A stretch of 64,000 bases of DNA from Octopus vulgaris (GCA_951406725.2 OX597815.1:50096001-50160000), one strand, 5' to 3'; counted from the stretch's first letter, positions 11,747 to 25,913 are shown. A program made the numbers and translations. The notes: a model not told the origin generated them from the sequence alone.

Positions 11747-13250
11747 CTGAAAGAGCTGAGTGGGTTAAAGGAGTAAGCTTTGAAGATTGTTAAAAGATAT
11801 TTGAAGCTGAAGAATTTTCTTGTTCTGATGAAAAAAGTCAGTCTCTGTGATTCAGTCTTTGAGATGGTCAAAATGTATGTTCACCAGGAGGGATTCTTAG
11901 TGATGGTAAGGCCTAATGTTTGAAGTAACTGAGTGGCTTCTAGTTGAATACTGTTCACACTTAAGGATGACAGGTGGCATACAATAATAATTTCTTGACA
12001 TCTGCAGTTATCATGTTTTGTTGTTGGAAGAAACAAGAATGCTTCTGGGGTAAACGTTTGAGCAGCAATGCTGATTTGCTTTGATGTAACTAGGTTGCTT
12101 GTGGATGTTACTCAGGTACAGAAAAGTAGAGAGGAATAATGGATAGTATTATTTGTATAAGAGTAACAGTGTTGTAGTTGATAGCAAGAAGGTTGGTGAT
12201 GTCTAGGAGAAAGGGTATGGACGATAAAACCGAACCTTTGGGTACATGGAAGTTGAAAGGATGTGTGTTACAGAGAGTGAGAAAGCTACATTCTGTGATT
12301 TAGAAATCTGAGAGGAAGCTAGTGATTTAAGAGACAATTTATGAATAGGAATCAAAGCCAGGAATTATTGACTGGAGATTCATGTGTCAAACACTGTCAA
12401 AATTTTTTATGATGTCAATGAAAACAATACCGCTTTCAATAAATTTCTTGAGGATGTGAGCCTACTAGTGATAACAGTCCTGTAGTAGATATGGCTTTAT
12501 CAAAAGCCAGATCTAATGGCGGTCATTAAGGTGGAGGATTCCAGGTGTTGGAGGAGGTTGTTGTTAATAGCTATCTCTGTCACAGGTTTCAAATGATTGC
12601 ACCTGTTGGGACACACTCTAGCATGCTCATGAAAGTCAATATATAACTCTGTAGAAAGAGAGGAAGAGAGAGACAGAATGAAGAGTCTGGTGAAGATAAG
12701 AGCTATCTCTAGGGCACGTGATTTGAAAGAACATTGTTGAGGTTAGTAACTTTGTCGAGTTGAAGAGCTTAGTGAGACCCTAAGTGTATGTTGTGTGAAG
12801 TTGGATGCAAATAGATTTACAAGAACAACCTAAAATTCTTACCTTACCAAAGTTCTGCAACTGAAGTTAGCAAGTTAAATCTACAGCTCAACTTGCAAAA
12901 ATTTTTAAATATGAGATTTGGTTCCAAGAAAAATAGAAGCAGTTTTGAGATGCATAAGTTTCATAGGAACATTAAAAAATTTATAACACAAGAGATAAGA
13001 AGTTATACTATAGCTTCTATAATTTTCATTGTTGACATATGAATTGTTGGTTAATGTCAGTTGATTGCAGTTTCTCTGCTTTGAAAGCTCCACTTTCTAG
13101 CTTAGTGAGGATATCCAAATAGATTTTAAATGCTGTTGACAGGGGCTCAACTTCGAAGATCAAGTTATGTGATATCCTAGATCTTGCTTACTGTTTGGCT
13201 AACATAAATTTTATCTCATAAAATACCAGCGACCATGACCCTTATGCACT
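11080..13250 (-). mobile_element. Heavily decayed CR1/Jockey-group LINE ORF2 (RT) remnant
   Basis: Minus-strand fragments FKSRALEIALIFTRLFILSL, EHARVCP, VPKGSVLSSIPFLLDITNLL (cf. GVPQGSVLSPxLFLLYINDL), LGLTITKNPSW, ISKTESQRLTFFIRTRKFF, EYCFHIW. Many stops and frameshifts; the boundaries are approximate. Confidence 0.7.
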
Positions 13251-13257
13251 GTTAAAG

Positions 13258-13288
<31 letters not shown>

Positions 13289-14266
13289 TGTGTATATGTG
13301 TGTGTGTGCACACATGCATGCTTATGTGTGTGTGTATGTGTGAGTGTACGCACACACTTACAACTGGATCTCTTTAAAGAGAAGCCTAATACAAAACAAA
13401 GAAATTTAACTTTTGGTTAGAAATATAAAGGAATAGTGTTTCAGTACAGTAACATACCTTTTTAGGTTAACTAGTATGATGACTGAAGAATGAGCTTCTT
13501 GCATCTTCCATAATTTTCTAGGTTTATGTGTTCGCTTGAATTGTTTACACGATGTATGCATGCATCTACATTAGCGTATCTATTTGAACAATTTACTATG
13601 TATTTGTATGAGAGTTTGTATAAATGGATGCATACAATCATACTTATGTCTTGAGAGGCAGGCTGCAAGCTAGTGTTCATAAAATGCATTTGTTAAAGAA
13701 GTCAAGTCACTCAAACTTTATTACTGTTCTATTATAAGTGCAAAGAACTATTTAAAGAGAAAAGGAAATAAAAATGGAAAGGAAACGTGTTCAATTGAAA
13801 ATTTATGTTTCCCCTGTCAAGATGTCACTAAGTTTCTATGTAAATCCTTAATAATTCATTTAAAAAATAAAGTGCGCTAACACTATTTCTAATTAAGCAT
13901 AAAACATTATTTGAAGAGAAATAAAGAAATAACATCAGAAATTAAAAGGCAAAAGAAATTAATGTTCTATAAATATTTTTTCTGATTTGTATTAAGATCC
14001 TGTTAAAATGTATTTTTTAATTAGTATCCACACATGTGATTGTGTGAAGGGATTAATTTCCCGTACCCTATTCAATATTTCAGTTTAGTGTTTTATGTGT
14101 ACTAGCTTTCCCAAGGTGGAAACTACAGAAAAGATTTAGTTATATATAAGCTGGGGTTAATACAAGAGTTACTATTTTATGGTATGAAATATAGAGAGTT
14201 AATTTTAAAATTATACATGTTCGTTTTGTGTCAAACCTTTTTTGATTATATTGATGAAGCTAGTTC

Positions 14267-14494
14267 TTAACCATTTCATTACATATTTCTCTTGGTATGC
14301 ACTGCCTTTGTTTCAAGTAATTTTGAAAGCAATGAAGAATTTAGTAAAATATTTCTGTTACAATTATGCTAGTGCTTAGAAAATACATTAACATGAAATT
14401 TCAATGGTAAGTTTTAATTTAAAACATTTCAATACAGGAAGTTTGTATCACAGAACTAAAGCAGTTTCAGGTGGGCTGCTATAAAAAATATTAA
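14267..14494. mobile_element. Possible decayed TTAA-flanked (piggyBac-type) MITE
   Basis: Starts TTAACCATTT and ends AAAAATATTAA; the termini are degenerate. Confidence 0.3.
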
Positions 14495-15099
14495 ACCGTT
14501 TTCTAGGACATTTTGTTTTGTTACATCAAACAGTGGATGTCTATATAACTGATTTCTCCAGATAGTTTCCATTGAATGGGTAGAGAGAGTGAAATTGTAT
14601 TTCAGTACTCGTTATTGAGTTCTGGTAATTTAAATTCTTCATTATTTTCTTATTACTCAAAGATGTTACAAGACTGACAAAATTTATGCTGAGTGGATTA
14701 CTTTAAATTTATTTGTGCTAAAGATTTTCCTATTCTTATTTCTGGGGTGAAAATAGGTTCTTACAAGATGAAAAATATTCTTGCCTAGCTGTATGTATTT
14801 ACAAATATTAAAAAAAAAATGGAAAATTATACCATATAGCCATGCTGCAATGATTTGATTTCTTCTATTAGTTTGCTAGTGTCTGTTATATTCAATGGTT
14901 TATTTGAAGCCATTAAATGCAAGTGCAACGTTGCATGTAGTCACTACTCTACTGAATGATGCTTTGGTCATAAAAGATTATAAAAATTCATCTGCTCACA
15001 TTAATGGGTAAAATTCTAAGAAAATATTGCGGATGTTTTAGATTACAATCAAAATTTTAAACTGAATCATTAGGTTTAATAATCAGATTTGTTCATTAA

Positions 15100-15305
15100 C
15101 CCTTTAGTATTCAAACTGACCATATCCAGCCAAAACATTCTACTTGATTTATATTCAAATCAGCCAGATCTAATTCCTCACACATACCCTACAATGTCAT
15201 TTTAAAAACAATCACATTGTTGAAATTTTGAGGCTACATGAATAATTCCTAACAATGTGAATAAATAAGCATTACATTTGACAAAATAATTTGATTGCTA
15301 AAGGG
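15100..15305. mobile_element. piggyBac-type MITE
   Basis: TTAA-CCCTTTAG ... CTAAAGGG-TTAA, i.e. TIRs with a TTAA target duplication. A related inverted copy is at 44779-44997. Confidence 0.8.
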
Positions 15306-16999
15306 TTAATAAAGGGTTGAAATGTTATATATAAAAAATCTACTATCCTGAATTTACTACTTACTCCTTAGAATAGTTTAGTTCAGATTTTAGGCCATCA
15401 TCTCTATAAATTTCCCTGATAAGCTCATGGAATGCATTATGAATGAAGTCATCACCTTGAGCAGATGTTTGCTGTTGCAAGTTAACCAATAACTTGTGAA
15501 TGGTATTTGGAAGATAGAAAGAAAACAGTTACTTGCTTTGTATGTGTGTGTGTGTAAATATATATGTTTACATATGTATGAGTATATGCATAAATGTGTC
15601 TGTCTCCATGATAGTCATTATATTTAACAATATAACCAGTTGAAATTACCTTCATTGATATCGAAATGCAACTTAGCAATTCTATAAATAAAGATTGCTC
15701 AAATAAGTTCCAAACTTAAATACCCTTGAAGACAATGCCTCTGCCTCACAGCAGTTCACTGACTGAAACCAGTAAAGGACCGAATGCACAATGCATATAA
15801 ATATGTCAATTAATGGAGTATGCATTAAATATATTCAAAGAAACTGTAGCACAGGCTAAAGTACACATTTATAACACAATTACTGCATATGTGAATGTGT
15901 GCATGTGTGTATGCATGTGCAAATTTATGTATGCTTCTAGTTAACATATAAAACAATACATAGTAAATTTATTGTTGTTTTCCTAAGAGAAAAATTAATA
16001 TAAAAAGTGTTAAATTTTAAACACGCATAATTTATATATTTTTATGCTCTACCAAAATTATGTAGGTAGACATAGACAGAAACACATATACACATTAACA
16101 TTAACAATTATAGGCATGTAAATCTATTTATAAATAACCCCATATATATATATATGTTTATATATATGTTTGTATGTATAGAGACAGACATAGTCATACA
16201 CACGTATATAATTTCTCTGTGCATGTTACTGTATGTGTTTGCATATGTCTCACTTTAATAGGTTCATATGAAAGATAGACAGTGGATCAATAGACTGCAC
16301 CACATCAAATAGCCTTCTTCAAATTCAAATATGCCAGTAACTGGTTTGTTGATAAGCAAACAGCCATGAGTAAAAGGGTTAAGTGTTCCATGTTTTCAAA
16401 TGACTTTTAGTTTCTTTGAGTAACAAAAGATAATAATTATGCTACACTGATTATTGGAAATCATCATGGAACAGTTTTGATACTGCTGAGAACAAATGAA
16501 TAATTAAACATTTTCATTATTTTCCGTATACACTAATGAGCAAATATTAATTATTTCTTCCATGTCTGCTGAACACTGCTTTTGTTTATTTCTAACTTTT
16601 CTGTTTGAGCTCTTCACCCCTATTTTTCACCCATCACCAACCCTGCTTCCTTTCCTTTCTCCTTAAACAAGTATTTTTTTTTTCATTCCAGCAGACAGCT
16701 AGTGTCTTTGAAAAGGCAACCTTATTACAAACTGGAATATTTATTGTGTATTAGCACAAACACGTTCTTTGGTGATATTGTACTGGTATGTACAGTTAAC
16801 TAAGGAACAAAACTATTTACCTTTATCTGTTTACATTCAAACTACACTGAGACTAAATAACATTATTTTATTTTACTGCTCTCGCATTACAGCAGAAGGG
16901 ACAAGCCTATAGTCGATAGAAGCATAATATAATGATGTTATAAAGTTTTAATTAACTTTTAATTAACTATGTTTGAAGACTAAAGTTTAGTGTATTCTT

Positions 17000-17357
17000 T
17001 TATTCTTTTATTCTTTAACTTGTTTCAGTCATTTGACTGCGTGTGGCCATGCTGGAGTACCACCTTAAAGGATTTTAGTCGAACAAATTGACCTCAGGAC
17101 TTATTCTATTGGTCTCTTTTGCCGAACCACTAAGTTAGGGAGACATAAACACACTAACATTGGTTGTTAAGTGATGGTGGTGGGGACAAACTCAGACACA
17201 AACACACAAATATATACATATAGGCACAGGCATGGCTGTGTGGTAGGAAGCTTGCTTCCCTTCCACATGGTTCCAGGTTCAGACCCACTGCGTGGCACCT
17301 TGGGCAAGTGTCTTCTACTATAACCTCAGGCCGACCAAAGCCTTGTGAGTAGATTTA
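17000..17357. mobile_element. SINE family A: minus-strand 3' half (17000-17220) abutting a plus-strand 5' half (17223-17357)
   Basis: Both halves align by eye to the intact copy at 57971-58367. Confidence 0.75.
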
Positions 17358-18035
17358 CAATACTCAGGAACTGGAATGTATCCCATTATTTGTATGATTC
17401 GAAAGCATCCGTTTAGACTGGTTTGTCATGTTGCTTGATTTTTATCAAGGTGGCTCTTGTGTTTGCAAAGTTGAACCATGTTCTATTGTCTGAGGACCCA
17501 GCTGGGGTGATAGTTCATGTTGGTTGGCCACATGGTTCATGGTCCCATGGTCAGATGTGGAAGTATTTTATGGAGACAGGAACTAATTAGAGGGCTGCCC
17601 ATGACAACCCAGGCAGATATCAGCAAATGATAAAAGCAGTGATGCACTAGACATGGCATCTGCCCCCACAACCACATGGAGTGGGGAGTAGAAAAAAGGA
17701 GAACTGCTTTCTACAAATAAGAGGAAAATCCAGGCAAAATTACCCAAACATGTATGGTTTTCATGATAACCATGACTGAGGATGGCTGAGTTTGGAGTTC
17801 AAAGACAGAAGAGTGAATATATGGTTAACAGTTTGTTTGCACATCAGTTAGTGCATGCATTCATGTGTGTGTGTGTGTGTGTGTGTGTGTTGCTTCACAA
17901 GAACATAATTCCAGATTTGAAACCATTGCATGACATCTTGGGAGAATGTCGTTTATAATATCTTTTATCTATTGTCAGTGGGAATTAGTAGACCAAATCC
18001 ATGCAGCTGATTGCATGTGTGTATGGATGGATGTA

Positions 18036-18092
18036 TGGACAGACAGACAGACAGACAGGCAGACAGATTGATAAATAGATTGATAGACAGAC

Positions 18093-18173
<81 letters not shown>
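18036..18173. repeat. (GACA)n/(GATA)n tetranucleotide microsatellite
   Basis: Directly visible. Confidence 0.95.
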
Positions 18174-18924
18174 CATCACTGGAACTGAAAAATTTATAAA
18201 ACTTTCCAGAAGTTTATCATTTAAGAATATATGTGCATGTCTAGATTTGCAACTATATGCACAAGAATAATTACATAAAACAAAATATAAAAATCTGCAC
18301 ATGCACTGGCTTCAACTACTACACATATACGCAAATACTTGCAAAAATACCCTGTTAATATTGTTGGAATTCCAATGAAGGAACTTTGGATCTACATTAG
18401 AAACCAGCTCTTTCTTTACTGGTAAGAAATCTTGAAATAAAACTAAATAATGACATACATACTTACATACATACGTGTGCATGATTGTGTCTCTTTTATG
18501 CACACACATGTAAGATGGTGTGCAAGCTGCTTCTCTTTGTACTAAACGGTAATGTACCCAATTAGTAAACAGAGATCAGTGACAAAAGTACCAGAAGAAA
18601 ATAAACACTGTGGTGAATATACACTAGAATGGCTACAATTTAATGACTGAAACTAGTAAAAGAATAAAAGAATATTTGTGAGTATCTGTCTATCTATTTG
18701 TCAGTCTGTCAATCAATATATGCATATACATGCATATGTATAAGCATACATATATATATGCATATATGGGTACAGGACATCACAAAACGTAAACAACATG
18801 AAATACAAAGACAAACTTTTTTGTGAATGAGAGAAACAAAAGGAAATCAAGACAAGTAACAAAAAAACTGACCCTTCATCAGTTGTTGGTTGTTTATCTA
18901 CTCCAGATTTCAAATATACACACA

Positions 18925-18975
<51 letters not shown>

Positions 18976-19060
18976 GCATGTGTGTGTGTTTATTATTTAT
19001 ATATATGTATATATGTATATATATATATTCTAAATCTGGGATTTTACTTTTACAGATATG

Positions 19061-19094
<34 letters not shown>

Positions 19095-20642
19095 TACATA
19101 CATGCATACATATATATGAGTGTGTGTATAGATACATGCATGTATATATATTTGTGTACACACACACACACATACACATATATATATAGATAGATAGATA
19201 TGTAGATCAATAGAGAGAAAGAGGGAGAGAAAAAGAGACAAATAGATAGATGGATGAATCAATAGACAGATAGATAGACAGATAGACAGACAGATACACA
19301 TGCACATGCATACATACATACATTCTCATGCACATACACACATACAAGCAATGAATAACATCTGGCTTCTACCTTGAGACATAGCATACTTATGATTACA
19401 AGATCCCTAACTGAGACAAAGTTTCAATAAAAAAAAAATGCAAATGGCATTGGGGCTCATATCAAAGTTAGAGTGAAGATTCTACAAAATGGTCACCTCA
19501 TATCTTCCATCATAAATAGATAATGTTAGAACAAGAAACTATTGACCGATATAGGAAATTCTGGACAGTTTTGCCGCTTTAGCTACCTGACAGTGATCAG
19601 AATGCTAGATAGTGAACAAGAATGGATAGTCACAAAGATTTAATCAAAAGCTATTTCCTGCAAGTGAATATTTCAAGAATAAAACTATAAATATAAAATG
19701 AGTTTTGTCTTTTGTTTAGACAGAACTTCCGATTTGGAAGAGGAACTTGGAGAGAATTCCTTTTTATTATTTCTGATATAAAGGCAAGAGAAGTGTAAAA
19801 GTAAGAGGCCAAAGTTTACTATTCAATCCATCTATTAGAAAGTCTGGAAGAATCAAAACATGTCTTCTTTCATACAGAAATTAATGTGTATGTATGTATG
19901 TAATGTGTTTTCATATACATGAGTATATGAGTGTGTGTATGTATGTGTGTATGCATGCATATGTGTATGCAAGTATGCGTGCATGTGTGTGCCTACACTT
20001 GTGTGAGTATATGTATTTGTGTGCATGCTTGTGTGTATATATGTACTTGCACATGTGTGTGTCTGTATATAACTGTATATGTATTTATGTCTGCATACTT
20101 GTCAGTATGAATGCATGTGTATGCATCTGTGCATAACTGTTTATAACATTTATTAGGGGGCTCTGTTAGTTTAGATAAATATATTTATCAACTAAAGTAT
20201 GCTTTTCAATTTCTATTTACCTTATGTCTTAATATTCCTGTAAGGATATGTGCGTACATATAGCACTGTATGTATATTTAAAACTTTACATCTCAATATG
20301 TTTTAGTCACTATAACTCAATGAATATGTTTATCTCCTTTCAAAGCATTTTGTAAAGCCATATATGTATCAATGTATTCGTCAGCTGTGAATACAGCACT
20401 AAATGCACGTGTATTCACCAATTGTTGGAGATGTCTATCTCTGTATATCTTTATTTGATTTATATCCACTGATCTATGTTTCAATGTCCCCACACAGGAT
20501 ACAATGGTATTTTACATTTATTCATATTAAAGATTACTAATAGCTTTGAATATTATGCTAGGATCTGCTTTGGTAAATTTCCATTCTTCTGTTTTGTTTT
20601 GTTATTTCATTCGTGCAATATTTAATTGGAATATATTCATCA

Positions 20643-20810
20643 CAGGCACAGGCATGGCTACATGGTTGAGAAGTTTGCTTTGTAACTATGTCATTTAAGT
20701 TCAATTCCACTGTTTGGCAACTTGGTCATCTGTCTTCTATTATTGTTCAAAACTGACCTATACCTTGTTAGTGAATTTGGTAGACAGAAACTGTAGGGAA
20801 TGCTAGCTAC
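20643..20810 (+). mobile_element. SINE family A 5' half, diverged
   Basis: CAGGCACAGGCATGGCT...GTGAATTTGGTAGACAGAAACTG. Confidence 0.65.
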
Positions 20811-20851
20811 ATGCACATATTCATACATACATACATATACATGTGTGTGTA

Positions 20852-20895
<44 letters not shown>

Positions 20896-21146
20896 ACTTT
20901 CGGCCATTTACGGTCTCTATCAGTATGTATGAATACAATTATGTGCATTAACAGCAGTATCAGAATGCTTTGGCTCTTCTAACATTGTAGGTGTTCTAAC
21001 ACCCTCAGTCATATTTAATGACAATTAGTTTTCCTTTTTGGAGATACATTACTAAACCACTGCTTAATTTAATTATATGCACACAGTTCATACATACACA
21101 TACACGCACACGCACGCATCTGTATGTATATATATATATATATATA

Positions 21147-21528
21147 CGAGCAAAACGCCCCCTGTCCAATGGATGGTGCTGAGTTGTCAAATGTTTAAAC
21201 CAAATTTTCTCAAAACAACTTGTCCAACCGTCCAATAGGCTTTCCCTTTGAGAAACACTGATTTAACCTAAATTTGAGATATCAGCAAAAGAAGAAATAA
21301 AGATAGACTTTTTTATATTCCAAGAAAAACGATTTTACAAATGCACGTTCCTATGGCTTTATCGATCGCATTCTCACCTGGAATCGATTTTTATAATTTT
21401 TTCAAGACTTATACATGCCCTGATACCGTCAGTATCTACCTATTAAATTTGAGTGTAATTGGATGGAGGATGCCCGAGATCCTAGAAGACACACAGACAG
21501 ACAGACAGAATGGATTTTATATAGTAGA
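21147..21528 (-). mobile_element. Non-autonomous Helitron-like element
   Basis: Minus strand starts A|TCTACTATATAAAA followed by (TCTG)n. It ends with a GC-richer subterminal stretch and CTCG|T (CTRR-like). It is inserted in an AT context with no TSD. Confidence 0.6.
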
Positions 21529-21539
21529 TATATATATAT

Positions 21540-21742
21540 AAATTTTTCAGAATGCGATAAAAATTCAAGGCTGTGAAAGATTTTAGAATATTTATAAACA
21601 GAAGGTCTTATAGCTGTTTCCGGGATATTTCATATATCCCTTCATCGGAGATAAAATATCCTGGAAACAGCTGTAAGACCTTCTATTTATAAATGTTCAA
21701 AAATCTTTCACAGCCTTGAATTTTTCTCATTCTAAAAAATTC
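21540..21742. mobile_element. Fold-back element with ~90-bp inverted arms and a hammerhead-like motif (21606-21651, minus)
   Basis: Minus strand: TCT-CCGATGA-A-GGGATA-tatgaaa-TATCCC-G-GAAA-CAGCTA-TA-AGA. The opposite arm keeps the palindromic GAAA-CAGCTG-TA-AGA. TA repeats flank both sides. Confidence 0.75.
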
Positions 21743-21917
21743 TTTATATATGCACATGCTGATATATGACCTATGTTGGACTCCTCATTCACATAATCAC
21801 CAAACCGGGATCTTAACTATAGTCTGTCCATAGCACTTGCTCAGTATTACCTGACACCTTTGTGTCTTAGTGACACAATTACCTCTCATAACTTAATATA
21901 TATACTGTATATATCGA

Positions 21918-22272
21918 TCAACATCAATGGAAATTGCAGCTGTGATACCAGTGCCGGTGGTACGTAAGAGAACCATCTGAACGTGGCCGTTACCAGCTCC
22001 GCCCCGACTGGCCTTGTGCTGGTGGCACGTAAAAAGCACCATCTGATCATGGCCGTTTGCCAGCCTCGTCTGGCACCTGTGCCGGTGGCACGTAAAAAGT
22101 ACCCATTACACTCACAGAATGGTTGACGTTAGGAGGGGCATCCAGTAGTAGAAACATTGCCAGATCAGACTGGGCCTGGTGCAGCCTTCTGGCTTCCCAG
22201 ACCCCAGTTGAACCGTCCAACCCATGCTAGCATGGAAAGCGGATGCTAAACGATGATGATGATGATGATGAT
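21918..22272 (+). mobile_element. RTE LINE 3' UTR fragment with internal ~60-bp tandem units and (GAT)n tail
   Basis: Three GTGC(C/T)GGTGG(C/T)ACGTAA units, then the shared RTE tail. Confidence 0.8.
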
Positions 22273-23327
22273 ATACATGCAAACATACATAAACATGTGC
22301 ATGTATGTGTGTGAGTCCTGTTTGTATTTATCTCACTTCTTGACAAATACTGTTGGTTTGTTTCTGTCTTTATAACTAAGAAGTTCAGCAAAAAGAGACT
22401 GATCAGATAAGCACTAGAAGCCTCAATATTCATACAGATGATGTCCATATATTTGCAGTTCACCACAAAAGCATATTCAGGTTTTTCAAAAGGTTTTGAC
22501 ATGTTATGTCATCTTTGTTTCCAGTTCGTTTTGTAACCATGTCTGGACTGTTTGCTGTTGAAGAGTAAAGGCATTGCTTGGAGATAGAAGAGAGTCAGAA
22601 TCAGGAAGGGTATCCAGCAGTACAAAACTCAGAAGAAACTTACTGGAGAAAACGTATTCTTACCTGAGCCATGCAAATTTGGAAAAGAAAGCTTTAAAAT
22701 GATGATGATGATCTTCCAAGGAATCTAATGCTCTTAGCTTAGTTTTTCCATGGGGCTGACCAGATTGGAGCAATCTCAAGTATAATCAACTGAAATTGCA
22801 AAGATAATCTGGTACTTGACTGAGGAAAGAAAACTTCAAATGACCCATCCTTGTTTTCTTTGTATCGTCTATCTGAATGTTTTGTTGTCCCATTTTTGTA
22901 TCATTTAACTGTCTGGATGTTTTGTGTTCTTGTCCCATTTTGTATTATATATATATATATAAAATATTTTGTTTAGGCATTGTGAGACTAATAACCTGTT
23001 GTAGGACTCAATGAATCCACTACATCTTACAGCAGAAACAGCTGTAATCTTACAGCTAATGAACTTCAAAAGATAATCCTTTATTCCTTTGTCATCTCAT
23101 TTTCTTATATATTTAGGATCTGTCCTTCTCTATAAGCTATTTTTGATTTAAGGCTTTCTTCGATTTTATGATAATTTTATACCGAAACTTGTTCATTGCA
23201 TGGACCCGGTCACTATAAAGACTGTTAATAGAAAGGACCAATGAAACAAAACCATTTTCAAATGTATATCTATTAAACTAATTGTATACGTTTGCTTACA
23301 ACCTCATTTTTGTTCCATTCTAAACAA

Positions 23328-23472
23328 AACTGTCCAACAAACGAGAACATGAAACTCTGAGTAACAGTTATTGTGATATTTTTGCTGCTTTTTAATAAAG
23401 CATATTACTCTACCTCTAAGTATTTGAGTACTATTTGTCTACCTCGTTTCGAACTTATGTGCTTACTCTGGT
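23328..23472 (+). mobile_element. PLE-terminal-repeat-like unit with decayed hammerhead (23328-23369)
   Basis: AACTGT-CCAACAA-ACG-agaa-CAT-GAAA-CTC-T-GAG-TA-ACAGTT. The 6-bp stem I and stem III are intact but the 5' core is mutated. Same family as 59157-59297; ends in (TA)n. Confidence 0.65.
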
Positions 23473-23489
23473 ATATATATATACATATA

Positions 23490-23710
23490 TATATATATTG
23501 CTTGGGCATTGCAAGACCAGGTGTAGAGCTTGATATAGGTATGTTTCTGAGCAAAGTGTTAGATGAGTATAGAGCAGTAATAAGAAAAGATCACATAGGA
23601 TAAACAACGGTTATGTTATGAACTTCATTAGCTTACAACTGTTCCTGCTATAAGATGCAGTAGACTCATAATTGAGTGCCTGAGTAACACTTTATACCTT
23701 CATCAGAACC
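23490..23710 (-). mobile_element. PLE-terminal-repeat-like unit with degenerate hammerhead; inverted relative at ~23004-23110
   Basis: Minus strand has CTGATGAAGG...GGAACAGTTGTAAGCTAATGAAGTTC, and the plus strand at 23030-23067 has GAAACAGCTGTAA...AGCTAATGAACTTC. Confidence 0.5.
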
Positions 23711-23841
23711 TCAAATATGAAGAGCATTTTATTTGGAAAAAGAATTACATATGTGCATGCAATTTGAGGCTAATGAAGTTCATAAAATAATTGTTTATTC
23801 ATCTCACTTTCTTATATATATATATATATATATAATCCATA

Positions 23842-24180
<339 letters not shown>

Positions 24181-24208
24181 TAATAATAATAATAATAATA
24201 ATAATAAA

Positions 24209-24763
24209 TGCCCTGATGCAGTATCAGGCAGTGGCTCTCATGGCTTCTGATCTTAACTGATTGGAAGTGTTATCATGTACATTGTTTTGTCTTGGTATAA
24301 AAGATGGGCTACAGCAAATATTCTGCTCAATACCACAGATTTGCTTGTCAGTTGTTTGACCATAACCAGTTGACCATGTCCCTTAGTGGCTGACAATATG
24401 TGCATCTCTGATCACGAGCAGAAGTAGTGGGGGAGCATCATAGCCATGTGTTGAGAGGGATTCTTTGGGCTTTGAATAATTCACCTCTGGAAACATGGGT
24501 GTTTCTTTCAACATCCTTAAACAACCCTTATTCAGGGACCTTTTGAGCGGGATGGGCTACTCAACCTGAAGAAAATTCTAACTGGGCCCCACCTGCAAGG
24601 TCATGTGCTGTTTATCTTGATATGAGATCACCATGTCGCGCACATATGGTTGTGATGCATGTGCCTGGTGTACCTTTATCAGACGGGTAGTCATGATGGG
24701 TATATTGGGCTTCGTATATTTTACCCCAGTGTCACTTTGATGGCATGAACTACTCTCTCACTC
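24209..24763 (+). mobile_element. (AAT)n-flanked non-coding retroelement, longer copy (~555 bp)
   Basis: Long (AAT)n on both sides (24100-24206 and 24764-24812). A near-identical inverted copy is at 8888-9370. No ORF. Confidence 0.8.
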
Positions 24764-24814
<51 letters not shown>

Positions 24815-25081
24815 TTCTTATATATAAAAATATATTTCCTTACAGTGGACTTGAAATAATAACCACATTATTGTGAAACATGCTTTCTAATAATACAGCC
24901 ATCCCTGCATCTGTTTTGTTATTTGTTATTATTACCATTAAATGTATGAAAATGAAACTCTTTCATATAAAAAAAAATTGTGGAATGAGAAAAACCTGTG
25001 TTCATATATTTAATGCTAGAGAACACTAAAAAGCTAAATAAAAAATATGTAATGAATTAAAATTAATATTAGTGTGTTACT

Positions 25082-25275
25082 TGGGCAGTGAGCTGGCAGA
25101 GTGTTAGTAAAATGCTTAGTGGCATTTTGTCTGTTTATACATTCTGGGTTCAAATTCCTCTGTGGTCGACTTTACTTCCATCCTAAAATTGGTACCAGTT
25201 GTATACTGGGATCGATGTAATCAACTTAGCCCCAGCCCCAAAATTACTAACCTTGTGCCAAAATTGGAGACTGAT
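25082..25275 (+). mobile_element. SINE family B, diverged
   Basis: GGCAGTGAGCTGGCAGA...GGTTCAAATTCC...GGTCGACTTT...GTACCAGTT...CTGGGATCGATGTAATC. Confidence 0.7.
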
Positions 25276-25855
25276 ATTAATAAGTTACTAATATTATTTT
25301 AGCAAGTTCCATGACAACTTCTGCTTTGCTGAAGAGCGTCAGAATAAGACAGAAAGACAGAAACATATTCACAGTTGTTTCCCATACTTGCCAGAAAAAT
25401 TAAAATTAGTCATTTGTAAATATAATTTCCTCATGTCAGAATATTTATTTCTTCTTAGTGTTTTAATACACCATACATTAGATATTACAATTTTCTCTTT
25501 GAAAACTCCAGTTATGATTCTAGATCTCTGACATCACGAATGATATATGAATTACATTATATAATGACTTGCAAGTCCAGAAATTTTACACTGGCTATTT
25601 ACATATGAGTTTCATAGAATGAACCACTCTATCAAATTGGGAAAAGGCATTAATTTTATAGGAACTTATTCTTATGAATTCATAGTAAAAATCAGACTGC
25701 TGTAGAAATGCTAGAGCCTATAATTAATGAGACCAATGATTTAGTGTCTTCACAGATCAGTAGATCACTATATACATACTTAACGTTAATTAACTTAATG
25801 TTTAAATGCTACCTTACTAATGGGATATTTCCTGTATGTATATGCATATGTTTGT

Positions 25856-25913
<58 letters not shown>

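Noticed and set aside
21945-22105. Repeat-spacer-like units suggestive of a CRISPR array
   Set aside because: They are internal tandem units of the RTE 3' UTR. The spacers are related to one another, the context is eukaryotic and there are no cas genes.
25328-25365. CTGAAGA...GAAA hammerhead-like boxes
   Set aside because: No stem I or stem III, and no second copy.
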